Of a stretch of DNA of 64,000 bases, positions 39,469 to 53,507 are shown piece by piece. Position 1 is the first letter of the stretch; the number at the start of each line of letters is the position of its first letter. The position numbers and the translations under genes were made by a program. Source of the stretch: Callorhinchus milii (Eukaryota); contig NW_024704743.1 of assembly GCF_018977255.1 (NCBI RefSeq), positions 110,672,001 to 110,736,000 of the forward strand. Direction: 5' to 3'. The notes under the pieces are model-generated. The model was given only the letters and a program-made list of their open reading frames with translations. It did not search any database and was not told where the DNA came from.

Positions 39469-39744
39469 GTACGTGACTTTCATTTTTTTAATATTTCTTT
39501 TTCTACCTGGGTAAATTTTAATGTTATCGCAAGCATAAATGTGTCAGGGTCAATATTAATCCTTTAGCCAAATTCTTTCCCTCCTCCCTCTACACCCCCT
39601 GGCCCCCCAAAAAAATTATCTTTGGTTATTCACTTGTTTGTGAGATGTTGATGAAACTGACCAGTTGCCATGTTTGCCTACATATCATTTACTTCAGAGT
39701 CACAGCTTTTGTATAAATCCCTCCAGACATACGAGACATTTTAT

Positions 39745-39965
39745 ATTTGTATATTTGTAGGAGAAATGCAGAAGCCAATTGCGCACAGCAGGGTTCCACT
39801 AACAGTCGTAGATTGAAATTACCAATTTATTATTGTTTTTTTTGAGGGATAATTATCAGGCGTGTGGAGTAAGGAAATTTACCTGAGGTTTCACCCTGCC
39901 GGGAATCGAACCAGGTATCTCGCTTGCAAAGCGAGTGCTCTAGCCACTGAGCTACAGGACTCCAC
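39745..39965 (-). mobile_element. tRNA-SINE (short subfamily), tail missing
   Basis: Head ends aggactccac 39965. Confidence 0.9.
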
Positions 39966-42721
39966 TATAACTTGATAAGAGAAATGCAAGTATTATTCGT
40001 TAATATTTTTCAGATGATCAACATACTTTCGAATAGTTTGTGAAACTGAGTTTGTTAAACTGTGCATAAGAGATCCCTGCTATTGTTACAAGAAAAGAGA
40101 GGGGGAGCTTTCTGCCAGTTAGTCTTGGCTTATATATCAATCCCTCAAACAAATAGACCCCATCCAATTCAAATGAGTGATCGGTTACTCATTAAATAGC
40201 AACTGGTCTGTAGCATTTCTTATTGCTGCCAAACATAAAGTATTCCAACACTTTTCACTTGAAAGGCTCCATATAATTATAAATTGTTGTAACGTAGAAA
40301 CACGTAAACGATGAACATTTCTCCTGGGTGACAGAAAAAGGTTTCGGAGCAAAGCCGTTTTAAACTGCATTTTGTTACGAGTTGTCGTGTCTATAGCTAG
40401 CGTACTGCACAAGGCCATGTCAAAGCTTGAGTATCGGCCGTTATTCTTCCTATGAAGAGCTTCATTGTTATTGCCTTAAGTACTTTCGCCTGCATTAGGT
40501 ACTTATTTTGTGTGTATTTCTTTGAGGTTCCCGTGGCTTTGAGTCAAACTGTAGAAACAACATCAACTTGCATTTATACAGCGCTCTTCAGTGGCCTGGC
40601 GTTATTAATCTCGCCCACAAATCTCCAATAATCTCCGCAGTTTATTTTTCTGCATGAAATGACACAAGACTTGTTAATGGTGCTTTCAGGTTATCAGCGG
40701 CACCATGACACAACAATTTAGCACTTACAAGAATCCATTTAGAACTGATCCTTAGCTCGCCCACCACCCCTGCTCTGTCTATGAGACTCGTATAGATCTC
40801 AGCTAGTCTTGTTGCCTGACTAATTTGAAATGTAAAGGCCGTACATGAAGTACAGTGAAGCGTTCCAGGAGCTACCCCGTGTGAAAGGCACTATGTAAAT
40901 GTAAGTTGTACTGCGTACAGTTCTGGTGAGGCCACATCTGGAGTACTGCGTACAATTCAGGACATTGTGGCATAAGCGGGTTGCCCAGGCTCTTGAGGGG
41001 TTATGCAGTTGTGAAATAATTCTCCGTCCTCCATGTGCCATGTTGTTTCCATCGAGCACATATCGATGCAGTGTAATCACACGCAGTTGCCATTAGTTGC
41101 ACATGCAAACTCCAGATTTGTTTAATTGCAGATAACAATAGCCAACAATTTATATTGTTGAACAATTGAATTTATATTGTGCACTTTACATGGGGTTGTG
41201 TCTTGAAGAGCTGAAAAAGTCAAAGAGGCATTGATGCTGATTCTGATGTTACACATTTTGATCCTGAACTGTAGCACCTTATTACATCAAAGAGCTTCAA
41301 AGAATATATTGTAAATTGAATTGACCATATATTTTGTGGGTGAAACATATGGCCGTATATGGAGTATGTTGAAGCACTCCAAGATGCTACCCCGGATAAA
41401 GGGCACTATATAAGTACAATTGTGGTACTGCGTACAGTTCTGGTGAGGCCACATCTGGAGTACTGCGTATAATTCAGGATGTCCTGACATAAGGGGGTTG
41501 CCCAGGCTCTCAAGTGTTTATGCAGTTGTGAAATTACTCTCTGTCCTTCACACTGGATAGCATCTTGAGTGCTTAAACAGATTGGTCTGATCAATTTAAA
41601 CTCTGGTTTACATAGAATTGTCAGTGTCCTGTCTTCTATCATTGACTAAGCATATTATTTTGGGGTCAGCCAGTTGCCAATCCTACACTGTACCAATTGT
41701 TTTTTTTTGGTTAGACAGGTATAGTATATGATCATCACTGGGGACCAAATACTAAATGCAAGAATATTGTTCCTAGAGCTGAGCAGTCATTTAAGTATTT
41801 TTTTTAATAGCCCAAATTGTATCCTGGAGATCTGTCAATAATAATACTGAGGGTGTTGTTTTGGTTTTATTTTGAAACCTCCACACGTGAAGAATTATGT
41901 AGAAGATGATGGTTGTAAGTGTCGGAAATGAAGTGGATACAATTCGTAGTAATTATACAAACATGCTCCATTGCAGCAGAATACTTTCCTGGTACTGCAA
42001 CAGTGAAAATTGTTGCTGTGTGCCTCATTCAGTTAAATGCTTCAACACTTCCAGAGAAAAGGATAGGGAACGGGTTTGACTACTTGAATGACTATGAAGG
42101 TATTGAATATCAAATTAGTTCCAGTCCATTACAATCTGTAATCCTATTTGTTTAGCATTACGGAAAGGAACTTGCAGGCGGCCAGATCATCGAGGGCATT
42201 ATATTAATTCTCAGTGCATATCTTATGGCTTTCATATCAATTAATCACAATCAGGTCCCAAATTACCAGCAGCTAGATGGGGAGGTAATTGTAATGAATT
42301 GTTGGAATAATGTATGCCCGAAAAGAGCTGGCTGACCTGCTTGGTGCATGTTGAATTAAACTCGGTTTTGCATGATGATAATTTCTCTGTGACATTGAGG
42401 GAATGTGTGACACACACAGGGCTGGTCTCATGGTAAATGTACTGGCCTCTGTTTACCAGGGCTTCTTTCAAGTCTCTTACATTTATTCGATCTTTTAACT
42501 TCTCATTAAAATAATTCTTCTTGCCAGAAAGCCAGAAAACCAAGCGTTTCAGTAGCAAAAAATGGTCCTTATCTGCTACATAGAGATTAGTCAATGACTG
42601 GGAAAGTTTTACATGACTGCAATCCAACCAAGGGCTTCTGATAAAGAGTGAAACTTGAACAATTGATATGTTCAATTGAATGAAACATTCCCACATAATA
42701 TTCTGAATAGGATATCTTGTT

Positions 42722-43115
42722 TGTCAGCTTGGCTCAGTTCATCACAATCTTGCCACTGAGTCAGAAGGTAATGGGTTCAATAACAACAAATTGCATTTAT
42801 ATAACGCCTTTCATTTTGGGAGGATGCCCAAGGCCCATGGCAGAACATGGTCGAAGCTGACACTCTAATGAAGTGCTGGGGGTACATTGCATTTCAGAAG
42901 TGTCGTCCTTCGGATGAGATGTTAAACTGAGATGTCAAAGATCCCATAGTGCTATTCGAAAAGAGAAGGGAGTTTCTCTCAGTGTCCTGGCCAACAATCC
43001 CCCAAAATAAAACTGGTCATTCGTTTCATGGCTGTTTGTGAGACCTTGCTGTGCACAATTGGGCTGCCCCATGTCGGGAATGTATTTATAGTAACCGTGT
43101 GTTTTGTAGGCGAAC
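42722..43115 (+). mobile_element. Old Deu-domain SINE with an antisense L2-type tail inserted at ~42780-42835
   Basis: Head tgtcagcttggctcagtt..gagtcagaagg..gggttcaa; Deu body gtccttcggatgagatgttaaac..ggctgtttgtgagaccttgctgtgc. Confidence 0.8.
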
Positions 43116-43368
43116 AAAAAAAACTAAAGTTTTATTTGGCTAGTGTCACTGAAAGATATTCGCTGTTCTGCATAGGTTATTTGTAGTGTGGTTGAAAACC
43201 TGAAACAAGAGTGTTAATACTACAATATCAGTTACGTTGACATGAAGGTACTATTCGTGGAACTGTTCACAATTCAGTTCATTGACCTTTCAATCCCATT
43301 AAACGTCTTTGGCCTTGCCACCCTACCCCACCACAATCAATTACAGCTATATGTTTAAAAAGAAGATA

Positions 43369-43671
43369 TAATAATAATCCTTGCATTTGATATAGCGCTT
43401 TTCACGTCGGGAGGACGTCCCAAAGCGCTTCACAGAAGACACTAAAGTGAATTGACTGCATATTTGTGGGCGAACGCGGCAGCCAATTGCGCACAGCAAT
43501 GTCCCACAAATTGAAAATGACCAATTTATTATTGTTTTTGGTTTTGGAGGGATTATTATTAGGCGTGTGGAGTAAGGAAACTTGCCCAAGGTTTCGCCCT
43601 GTGCCTGGAATTGAACTCAGGTCTCTCACTTGCAAAGCGAGTGCTCTAACCACTGAGCTACAGGACTCCAC
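43369..43671 (-). mobile_element. Full-length young tRNA-SINE (short subfamily)
   Basis: Near-identical to 12276-12590 with small indels. Confidence 0.95.
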
Positions 43672-44081
43672 ATGTGGATGTGGAGATGTGGATTATATTT
43701 GCTCTTGAACAATTAAGGGAGAATTTGAAGCCATTATGAGTTGTGATTTTGCCGAAATAGTTGTCTGCTAACATTTGCGTTTTATATCAATACGTTGTGG
43801 TAGAGATTTTTCAGTGAAGTATTAATCATTTCAGACAGGGAATGCAGGGAAAAGCCCAGGATCTGAAATATAAAATATGTGCGAAAATAGCTTCGAAACA
43901 GTTTTGAAACTATTGAAATAGCTTCAAAGATGAGTTTAAATTTTAGAAAACATATATGAATTATGGAAAAGACTAGGACTATCATGACTGAAGTACTGCA
44001 GACATGATCGAAGAGTCTGAGACTGAAAGCAATTGCTATGCACCATGGATCATGAACATTGTTGTCCAGATGCATTCAACA

Positions 44082-44262
44082 ATAATAATAATCCTTGCAT
44101 TTGACATAGCGCCTTATCATGACTTGGATATGTCTCAAAGCGCTTCACAGGATACACTGTAAAGTGGAGTGACTGCATATTTTGTGGGCGAAACTCAGCA
44201 GCTAAATGAGCGCAGCAGTGTCTCACAAACAGTAGTGGATTGAGTGACTATATTATTATTTC
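44082..44262 (-). mobile_element. 5'-truncated tRNA-SINE
   Basis: Tail and 3' body only. Confidence 0.88.
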
Positions 44263-46234
44263 AATGTGCTCCACAGACAAGCACACACACAGGGCTGGTC
44301 TCATGGTAAATGTACTGGCCTCTGTTTACCAGGGCTTCTTTCAAGTCTCTTACATTTATTCAATCTTTTAACTTCTCATTAAAATGTACTATTTGGGGTA
44401 CAGAGGGGAAGTTGGGTGGAACGACCAACAGATCCAGTTGCCCTCGAGTCAAAATTTGTCTTTGCAGCATTAGAACAGAAAATGCAAGTGAATGAGTTGC
44501 CAAAACTATTGATTCTAAATCCCAGGCAAGGTGTGCAATTTACTGTGTCCAGTCCTTTATATAAGAAAACTGTTCCTTGTGCAATTATTCAGGACATTGC
44601 AAGTAAAATGATGTTTCCCATAATTGCACCAGTTAATGTAATGGACTACAAGTAAAGCCACGGTGTAGTGGATGAGAACAAATTGGCTGAAGTGCCTTCA
44701 TCCATCTTGAGAAAAGATGGGGAAGGAATTGGATTTGGGTGTGATCTTGATTCATAGAGTTATAGAACGTTACAGTACAAAAACATGCCTTTCGAACCAT
44801 CAAATCCCCAGGGGAATTTTTATAATGTAGTCTAACTCTCCTCTTTTTAAGCAACAATTTAATTCCTTTTTTAAATAATTTACGGCACTTTGCTTCAACA
44901 ATGGTTTGGGGGTAGAGAATTCCATATTGCAGCCAGCCTTCGTCCCATTTAATTTTTTATATGAATGTCTTAATAATAATCTATTACCATTTACTCCATC
45001 ATAACACCACATAATCTTAGAGCGCTCCATCAGCCCCTGACCCCACCACCCCCAACTTTCTTGGCTCCAAAGAAACATGTTTTGAAAGGTTCCTATCAAC
45101 GTGAATCTGCTATTAACAAAGTTAATCAAACAGTAGGTTGTATCTTGATTGAGGGAATGTACGTCACAATGACTTATTGTAGCCTCTCACAGCTCACTGT
45201 TCAGACCATATTGGAACATTGGTCCAATTTTAGTACCCTAAATTCAGAAGAATATCAACGTTTTGTGGGATTGTTATCCAGGATAGCCGGAGAAACTCTC
45301 TCCTCTTTTGAATAGCATTGTAGATTCCTTAATGTCGACCGGAACAGAGAGATGGGACATTGGTTTAATATCTCATCTGAAGTTTGCATTTCCAACAATG
45401 CAGCACTCATCCCAGCACTGAACTGAAGTGTCAGCCTAGACTAGGAGCTTCCAATGCCTGGACTGAGAACTCAAATGTGCACAAAACTACTTTAAGAATA
45501 ATTATCTCCAAATGAAACCGTATATTTTAATTCTAGAGCATATTTTGACATATTATTGATCTACCTAGATCCCTTGCCTATTCTGTAAGCTTCTCCCTTT
45601 TGCCATGGTTTCTCAGTACAGGTTTTTATTTTAAATGTCACAGGAAGGTATTTGATTAATTTTAATTTTTAATAAATGCAGGAGCCATGATATATTAGCA
45701 TCTGTGTTTGCCCAGAAAACACATACTTTACAGTGTTTCTTGTGAAATGCTTTGAGATGTACTCCCGACGTGAAAGGCGCTATACCAAATGTAAGGATTA
45801 TTATATAAACCTGTTGAAATACAAGTTTGTCAAAAGAAAAAAAAGGTCTTGTTTACGAGTGTTTGTTTTTTAAAAGAAAACTTCAGGATCTCTATAAATG
45901 TCGATGTTTACCTAATTACAGGACTGTACCAGTGTGCCAAGATACAAAGCTTGTAAGATTTCAACAACATCCTGAAAGGGAGGGGGTGGGGAAGAATGTA
46001 TAACATTAAGATCATTATTCTCAAAGTAGTGAACTGGAAAGGATTAACCCTTCTGGAAAGATTCCATACTATTTTGAAAATGCTTTGTACGATACTGAAT
46101 CCAATCTGTCTAATTCACCGTCTAACTGTGGTTGGCCCCAAAGAATTTCAATGCATTCTTCCCAAAGATCTGTGTGAGCATTGTGTGGAATGGTAGTATT
46201 TTGAAAGTATTTGTCAAGCTTTCCCCAGTTCCCA

Positions 46235-46560
46235 CAAGTTCACAAGAGAGGATTGGATCAAGAAGACCCTACAACTCATTTTTCAGAGTACCATCCTTGC
46301 TATTCTCCCATCACAGCATCAAGCTTTTTTCTTGAATGAATCCAGGATTCTGGCTTCATCCAGAATGGATTAATTCAAGAAAAAATGAATGAATTATTAT
46401 TATACAAAGTTTATATAATAATAATCCTTACATTTGGGGAAAAAAATGGAATGCTACTTCTTGGTAATCTATTCCATTGATTATTTTCCCTCTTTGTAAA
46501 GAAATAGTTCCTTGTGTCAGTCTGAAATTTACCCTTTACCAACATGAACCTGTATCCTCT
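46235..46560 (-). mobile_element. Old CR1 3' fragment
   Basis: Similar to 8345-8690 (atcacagcatcaagct..tgaatgaatccagg..ctgaaatttacccttt). Confidence 0.6.
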
Positions 46561-49500
46561 TGGCTTGATGTTTTGAAGGTATTGTTCTGTATTGTTCTAC
46601 TATCGTTCAATTTTTTTTTAACATTGAAGCCAATACAGTTTGTCACTAGTCCAAGAGGAGTTAAGAACTGACATTTCAGTCCTTCTAGTATAGCACGATA
46701 CTGTTGACTGGTCCAGAGTTATCTCCAAATATCAGTGATGGGGCTCTGAGACAAAGGGAAGATAACATTGCTACTATATTGAAAGGTACAGTCACATACA
46801 GTAATTGTGTTTCCTGTCTTCATATTGGTCAATGAGAATCATTCCCCTTGATCTTATTCCATATCGTGGGTGGAGACTACTGTGGAGTGTAAACATTGGC
46901 ACGGACTAATTGGGTCGAATGGCCTGTTTCTATGTAAAAAAAACAAAAACAGGAAACAAATTGAGTTTAGTGGGTATTGAATACATTATAACCCTTCCCT
47001 ATGGATGGGGCAATAATACTCATTATAGCAGGTTGACTTTTGAAAGACACCAGCGGTTAGTTGGACAGCAGCTGGTCTGGAATCAATTAGTGCGCAGATA
47101 TTATATCAGAGGCTTTCATCCAAAGGTCAGAGCTCCAGAGTGGGCTGTTTTTGATTGAAAAATGCTGTTTGCTAATCATTCTGGGAACGTGCTGCTACAG
47201 ATTTTGTGGTTCCATGAGAAAACTTTGCAGGGTTAACAGGTGCATTTGTGGGAAGGCGGGATTGGAAGCTTCACCAACAGTATGTCAAAATAGTTTTGCA
47301 AACTAGCTTATAAGCTCATCGAGAAAACATCAAATGTTGTTTCTGAAATTGCAACCTTCTCGTTGTTGGTCTATAGAAGGTCTCATCGAGTTGGAATACT
47401 GCATTTCGTGCACACATTGTGCCTTTGTGAGACTGGCTTTCTTTTGCGTTTTAGTCATTATAGTGAACTTTTAAGAACATAAGAATTGCTAGACGAAAAA
47501 AGACCAAGGTCCATCCAGTTCATCTTCCACCATCCTGGCAATCACATGCGCATATCATGTCCCATGCTAAAAAGTGTATCCCGAGATGTTATTTTCTAAA
47601 TCTAATTTGCTTTTCAAAAAATCGACACTTTAACCATCTGTTTTCCAAAACCTGAGCTGCATCTTACATCTTAAATAGTAGCTCAATACAGTTTACACAG
47701 ACAATGCTGAGACCGGTAATTCAGAGGTCCAAAATTTCACCTTGTCTTAACCTGCAAGACCACTTTAAATCTTAAAATTTACCATCGTTCGCAAGTGTGG
47801 AAAATTCTTAAAACTGGTTTCAATTTGGAAGCCAGGTCTTTCTGTGAAAGAATCCTGGAAAGCCAGTTTCTAACGAAACCGTTCTTAAACTGAATCTTGA
47901 CAGTGGCAGAGGCTCTTGAGCTGTGTGGTTTGGGGTGGAGTGGGGGGTGGGGGAGCATCGCAGCTGAGTTTGACACTGCCGTGATCCATGTCTACTTGCA
48001 CACACTTTCCCTTCTACAAGGCTTCTGATCACAATAAGGAGCCAGTGCCTACAACAACGACTTACACTTGCACCGCGCCCTCCACGCAGGGTAGGGTCTC
48101 AGAGCGCTTGAAAGTCATTTGATGTCAGTGTGCCTAGCTTAGGGATACTGATGTCAAATGTAATGTCTTTACCATCCCAAGTGAGATCAACTGTGGCTTC
48201 TTTAGCATCCCCCAAAATATACAGTCAATTCACTTTACAGTATATTCTGTGAAGCGCTTTTGATAAGGTGCTATATCAAATGCAGAGATTACGATTATTA
48301 ATTTCCCAGCTGAAGTCAACTAAACCGGGCTGATTGTCTCTTCTCTTCCCCCCACCCCCCCACCTCCGCAGTTGTAAGGTCTCACTGTTGCTGTGATTCG
48401 GATCAGTTATAACTCAGCACAAGATCCAGCCTGCAGCCTATCTAGAACATATTGTTCAGTCCTGTTCAATGTGTAACAATATTCAGGGTGGGAATGGGGG
48501 TGGGGGGGGAGGGGATGGAGCCTTTTCCAGGCACAACTGTTGTGCGTAGTTTGTCCTTTGCACAAAAGGCACAGCAGCTTCTAGGTACTTAATCTATTGG
48601 TATTCTGGGAATATATTCAAGAATGGAATGCTGCATTTAATTTGCCAAGCACTCAGGCGTTGAACATGTTGCAGTGGAACACGTTTATTGCTTCATATAT
48701 TCTGAGGCCAAGCACTGAAACGTGACAAAGCTCGCTTCCCCAAGTGTGCTGCAGTCAACTCGGGAATTAAGCAGGGGTTGTCGGAGAAGCGATTCAGAAC
48801 AGACAATTGAGAATTACTCCCAAGAATCAGACCGGTGCCCCCTTCAGTGTGCAAGCCAAGAAAACACAGCCAAACAAGATAAAAGGGCAGACAAATTAGA
48901 CAAATGCACAAAAAAAACAGACACAAGCACATCTATTCGAGAAAAATAGCAACAAAGAAATTAGGTGAACCACAGTGTGTTGTCGTGGCACTTCAATTCC
49001 AGTCATTACATTTTTTGTTGATGTGTTGGATGGTCCTTCAAGTGGTATGTTGTCTGTTTACTCAGTCTGTTATCTTTTGCCCGATGCACCTTCTCCCTTT
49101 GTCAGGTCATCCTTTTCCTCTTCACCCCCACTCCAAAAAATCAGCTCCTCTCAGGGTAACAACCATAGATAAGTTCTCCTTACCAATCTTGCCCTCTGCC
49201 AATAATAATGGAAACATTTCCATTCCATGCATTGCCACTGCTTTGCAGAACTGCACTACTAATGTCCGGCTAATATTATGAGTGCTGGTTACATAAAGCA
49301 TCCTTACTAAACTTTTATTAGATCGGGCAGATTCTTGCCCCCCCAGATGCTGCCTCTTTTTTCAGGGAGGCTTATTAAAAAAAATGGAAAAGTGTCGCAT
49401 TGCTGGCGATTCCCCATGGATGTCTGACTTTACCAACCAAAGAAGGTTTGAGTCCTTAAATAATTTCTGACTCTGCTGTTCTCTCTCCAAAGAACTAATT

Positions 49501-50819
49501 TAATAGCACTCCTGCTCACTTCTGGAGAATAAGATAATAAGATGGTTGCAAAGAATCGGTAAGAGTACGCTTCATTCAGCTGGAATTCTGCACAAATTAA
49601 ATGCAGTGCCTGTCTGGTTTTACAGTTGGACAAACACAGAGCTGTCGGATATGACAAAGCTGTCGAATTTCTCTTTCCATTTCTTGGCAGTGATATTCTC
49701 CACTCTTTTTATTTAAGCGATCTGTTCTCAGGATACTGATGGTATTTGGGTTCAGTCCAATAGCAAATGAATAAAAATTCCCCAAATCACAACAGCAAAT
49801 TTTATTTGTATTTCTGAACCTGTTTGTAATTCTGGCAGCGCAGTCTGAGGTGTTCAACAGTCAGTGCTGAAAGCTGGTTAATCCCCTTGTATGTATTCAC
49901 AGAACTCATCTTCCCCTCCATAGCAATGTGAACATCTTTATAACTGAAGAATGGATGCCATGAGTGCACAGTAACAACAGAGTAATACAACAGTTCTACA
50001 TTCTCACTTCAGTTCCAAGTGGTGAAGAGTGACTGAAGACTTGCATGTTTGCTGTGATGAATTGTTACAGTATTTAGCGGTGCAGATGGTAAATGGATGC
50101 TGAAGACATTAGGCAAGGTTTGGGTAATGCCTTGGGAATGAAATTATAATTACTGAGCGGAACAGGAAGGGGGGAAGAAATGCTTTCTAATGAAACGTGG
50201 ATACAGGATTACATTTAAGGAAAGTGCAATGGGTTAGAAAACTGTCCTTTCAGGGCTTGATTTTGAGTGACAACTCCAAAGCTGATGGGAAAAGCACATC
50301 TCAAAACGTACCTTTTTGATCGTAACATTAAGAGCAATTTTAGGACAGATACCAGATAGCTTTTCCTTATGTAGAGGGTCATCTTTTCCTTCAGCACCTA
50401 CCCCCAGCTCAGATGCCAGCCAGCTTTCATAAGCGCATTAAGTTATCCTCCCAGTGTGACAGGCACTGTGTAAATATAAATTGTTAGGTATTGTACAAAT
50501 CTCTCTCTGCATTTCCACTTCAGTCTTTTCCTCCCAATATCTTCTCCTTTTTCTTTTACCCTCTTTCTGCCTCTCTCTCTCTCTGTCTCTCTCTCCTGTA
50601 AGCTTCTTCTGGCAACTACAGTTATTATGCTGCACTTTTGGTGCTACGCTGTGATATTCTTGATCAAATGCCCAGGATTGAAAGTATCTAAACTAAGCTG
50701 CCTCTGGCAGTTTGTCTTCCCATTTTTTTTCACATTACTTACAGCTTTTTTATTTAACTTACAATATTTTTCTCAAAAATTAAAATTTACCCAACCTCAG
50801 GTGCTCAATAACATCGGGA

Positions 50820-51082
50820 TGTATCAAGAAAGTAGAGCAAGAGGAAATAGGTTCAGAGTTGTAAAGAACAATTTCAGGACAGATACCAGGTAGTTTTTTT
50901 TACGGAGAGGGTAATCAACAACTGGAACAGTTTGCTGTGAAAGATGGTTGAGGCCAGAACATTAAACTTATTTTAAAAGCATTTCCAATCTTGAAGTGAT
51001 GGGACAATAGGATGAGAGTTGTGGAGGGATGAGACTAGGTGGATTGAAGGGTCTTTTTCAACCTGGGCAACCTTGTGATCTT
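50820..51082 (+). mobile_element. CR1 3' fragment
   Basis: ARGNRFRVVKNNFRTD..WNSL..VEA and 3'UTR. Confidence 0.8.
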
Positions 51083-51514
51083 GTGCTGCCGTTTAATTGT
51101 CTGTAGTCAAAAAGTGATAACTTCTTTTTAAGTCGGTAAGAAATTCAGCAGTCACTGCTGAAGGCTGGTAAATCCCCTTATACGTATTCAGGGGGCTCAT
51201 CTCCCCTCCCTAGCAATGTGAGTATCTTTATAATTAAAGAGAGGGTGCCCGTAGCACACTTTGAGTGCACTGTAAAAACAGCATAATAGAACGGTTTTGC
51301 ATTCTCAATCCCCAATGGTGCTTCCCCTAATTGGGTGCTAATTGGTGGCCTCTAAAAGCACCGCTGGTGTGATAAGTGCAGCAATCACAGTGATGCTCCC
51401 TGAGACTGGAGTAAAAGCACATTATCAGGTCACAGTAAGGGCTGAGTTCCATCTTTCATCTGACCTGCAGATGCTGGATTCTGGCGCTAGTTCAAATCCA
51501 ATCACTCTCTGGGA

Positions 51515-51843
51515 GCCCCTACCTTTCCGACCTCCTCACTCCCCAATCCCAACCAGGCGCTTCCCCTCGACTGGCACCGGCCTCCTGCTTGCCCCTCGCA
51601 CCCTCCGCCCCACCATCGGAGGCTGTGCTTTCAGCCACTGCGCCCCTAAACTATGGAACACTCTATCAATCCCTCTGCCTTGTCCTCTCCATCCCCTTTT
51701 TTAAGTACTGCCTGAAAACTTTCCTCTTCAACCATGCTTACGGCCACTTCCCCCCAGCTCAGAGTCAGGCTCTGCGATGCTAGAGCTCTGAAACACTACC
51801 CTGGGTGGAGGGCGCTATATAAGTGCAAATTGTTGTCGTTGTA
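51515..51843 (+). mobile_element. L2 3' fragment
   Basis: PTIGGCAFSHCAPKLWNTL..LKTFLFNHAY and tail gcgctatataagtgcaaattgttg. Confidence 0.88.
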
Positions 51844-53059
51844 GTTCCATTCTCCAGGACTGATGCATTTTACCTTCTACATTGATTGATCACGCTTTCA
51901 CCCAGGTTTCTTCCACTCTTTGAAGCTAGTAACATTTCTTGGAGTGTTTAATGTTGAATGAAGGTGTTCCCTACTGTTTCATGTTCTCTCAATTACTCTG
52001 TCTTGCATGCCTCACATGACTGATTGCTCCAACCCAAATCCAATCAGATTGAGTTACTGTATTCCAGATCTCAACCTCTCACTGACCGATAAGAGGCTTA
52101 AGGATCAAAATGTATTTTTAAAAAATGCAGAGATTCATTTACAAATACTAATTGGAGATGTTTCTAACAAGGAATCCTGACTATAGCGTGCAGTATGTTA
52201 TGGCTGATATAGGGACTCCCCACTCCAAAACAACAACCTGCATATACATCAGAGGGGTGTACTTTGGCGGGGCTGGATGCCGAGCAAGCAGGAAGGGGTG
52301 ACCAATCAAAGAAGTAGGTTTTTAGGTGTGATTTAAAGATGGATAAAGCAGAGGTGAGGCACAGGGATTGAGGCTGAGAATTTCAAAGATTCGGGGCAAC
52401 GTGGCTGAAAAGTCGCTTCAAAAGCAGCAGTGGTAGATCAGACATTTTTTGATTGCACCATCCTAAACTGCACCAATGTGTTTTTTATGTCAGTCAGTGC
52501 ATGAACTCATTAATTTCCTATCATTTAAATGGGAAATGACATTTCCTGTCTGGTCGCTTGTCTGGTTTCTTGCTTACAGCTCTGTACATTGCAGTTAGGT
52601 AATGTACTTAACCAGTCGCCCTTTATAACCGACAATTACAGTATCAGATGACATTATGACCACAAAAATATCTAGAGTTGTTGTATTAATCCAAGCCCCA
52701 CATGTGTGACACTGGAGGTTAATAAAAATCATTCTTATGCTGTTGGGTGTGGGGCTGTGGAGAGCAAAGAGGAGAGGATTTGATCAGTGCTGGACACACA
52801 GGTTTGAATAAGGCAATGCTCGACTGATACCGAGTTAGGTCTCAAAATATTTGACTCTCCACTCGTTCCGACCAATAAAATTTCACAAACGACATATCCT
52901 ATCAACCACACTGTCACTACAAATGAGAAATCACGTTCTTTACTATGTACCAGGCTCTGGAGAAGTGACCTTCTGGATATTGCTGCTTTTTGGAGGTTTT
53001 TTTTACCAGGGAAGACATTAAAAATATATCAGCCATCCCTCAACAACCAACATACATTT

Positions 53060-53290
53060 TTTGAGCACCAGGACTCTGACATAAGTGAGGCAGAGGTTTT
53101 ATATGGGCTCAGTGGGCTGAAAATTAACAAATATCCCAGGATGGATGATTTATTCTCCCAGGGTATTTAGAGAGACAATAAAGGTGATTTGTGTGACATT
53201 GACAGTTTATGAGTCAGTCACCACTGGTGACGTTCCAACAGACTGGAAGCAAACAATTATTGTTACCATATGGGGGAATGGGGGTGGATG
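53060..53290 (+). mobile_element. CR1 ORF2 internal fragment
   Basis: Degenerate LKINK.PG.DD..PRV.RE..TGDVPTDWKQ, the segment preceding the CR1 RT domain. Confidence 0.7.
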
Positions 53291-53507
53291 AGAACTGGAA
53301 TTGGAGGAGACAGCAAAGCTCTTACAAAGAGAGCTTGATAGCGTGAGAGGGGATGATGACAGACAAATGAAATTCAGTACGGATAAATAACAACAAGCCT
53401 TGCATTTAGTATAGCACCTTTCACGTCGGGGGGTCATCCCAAAGCCCTTCACAGGATTTACTGTGAAGTCGTGTGACTGTTTATTTGTGGGCGAACGTGC
53501 AGTGACA

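Noticed and set aside
41655..41685. Apparent fusion of family X motifs (gattggcaac + ggctgaccccaaaa on the minus strand)
   Set aside because: Only ~25 nt, and gattggcaac is internal rather than terminal in the element; may be chance or a tiny remnant.
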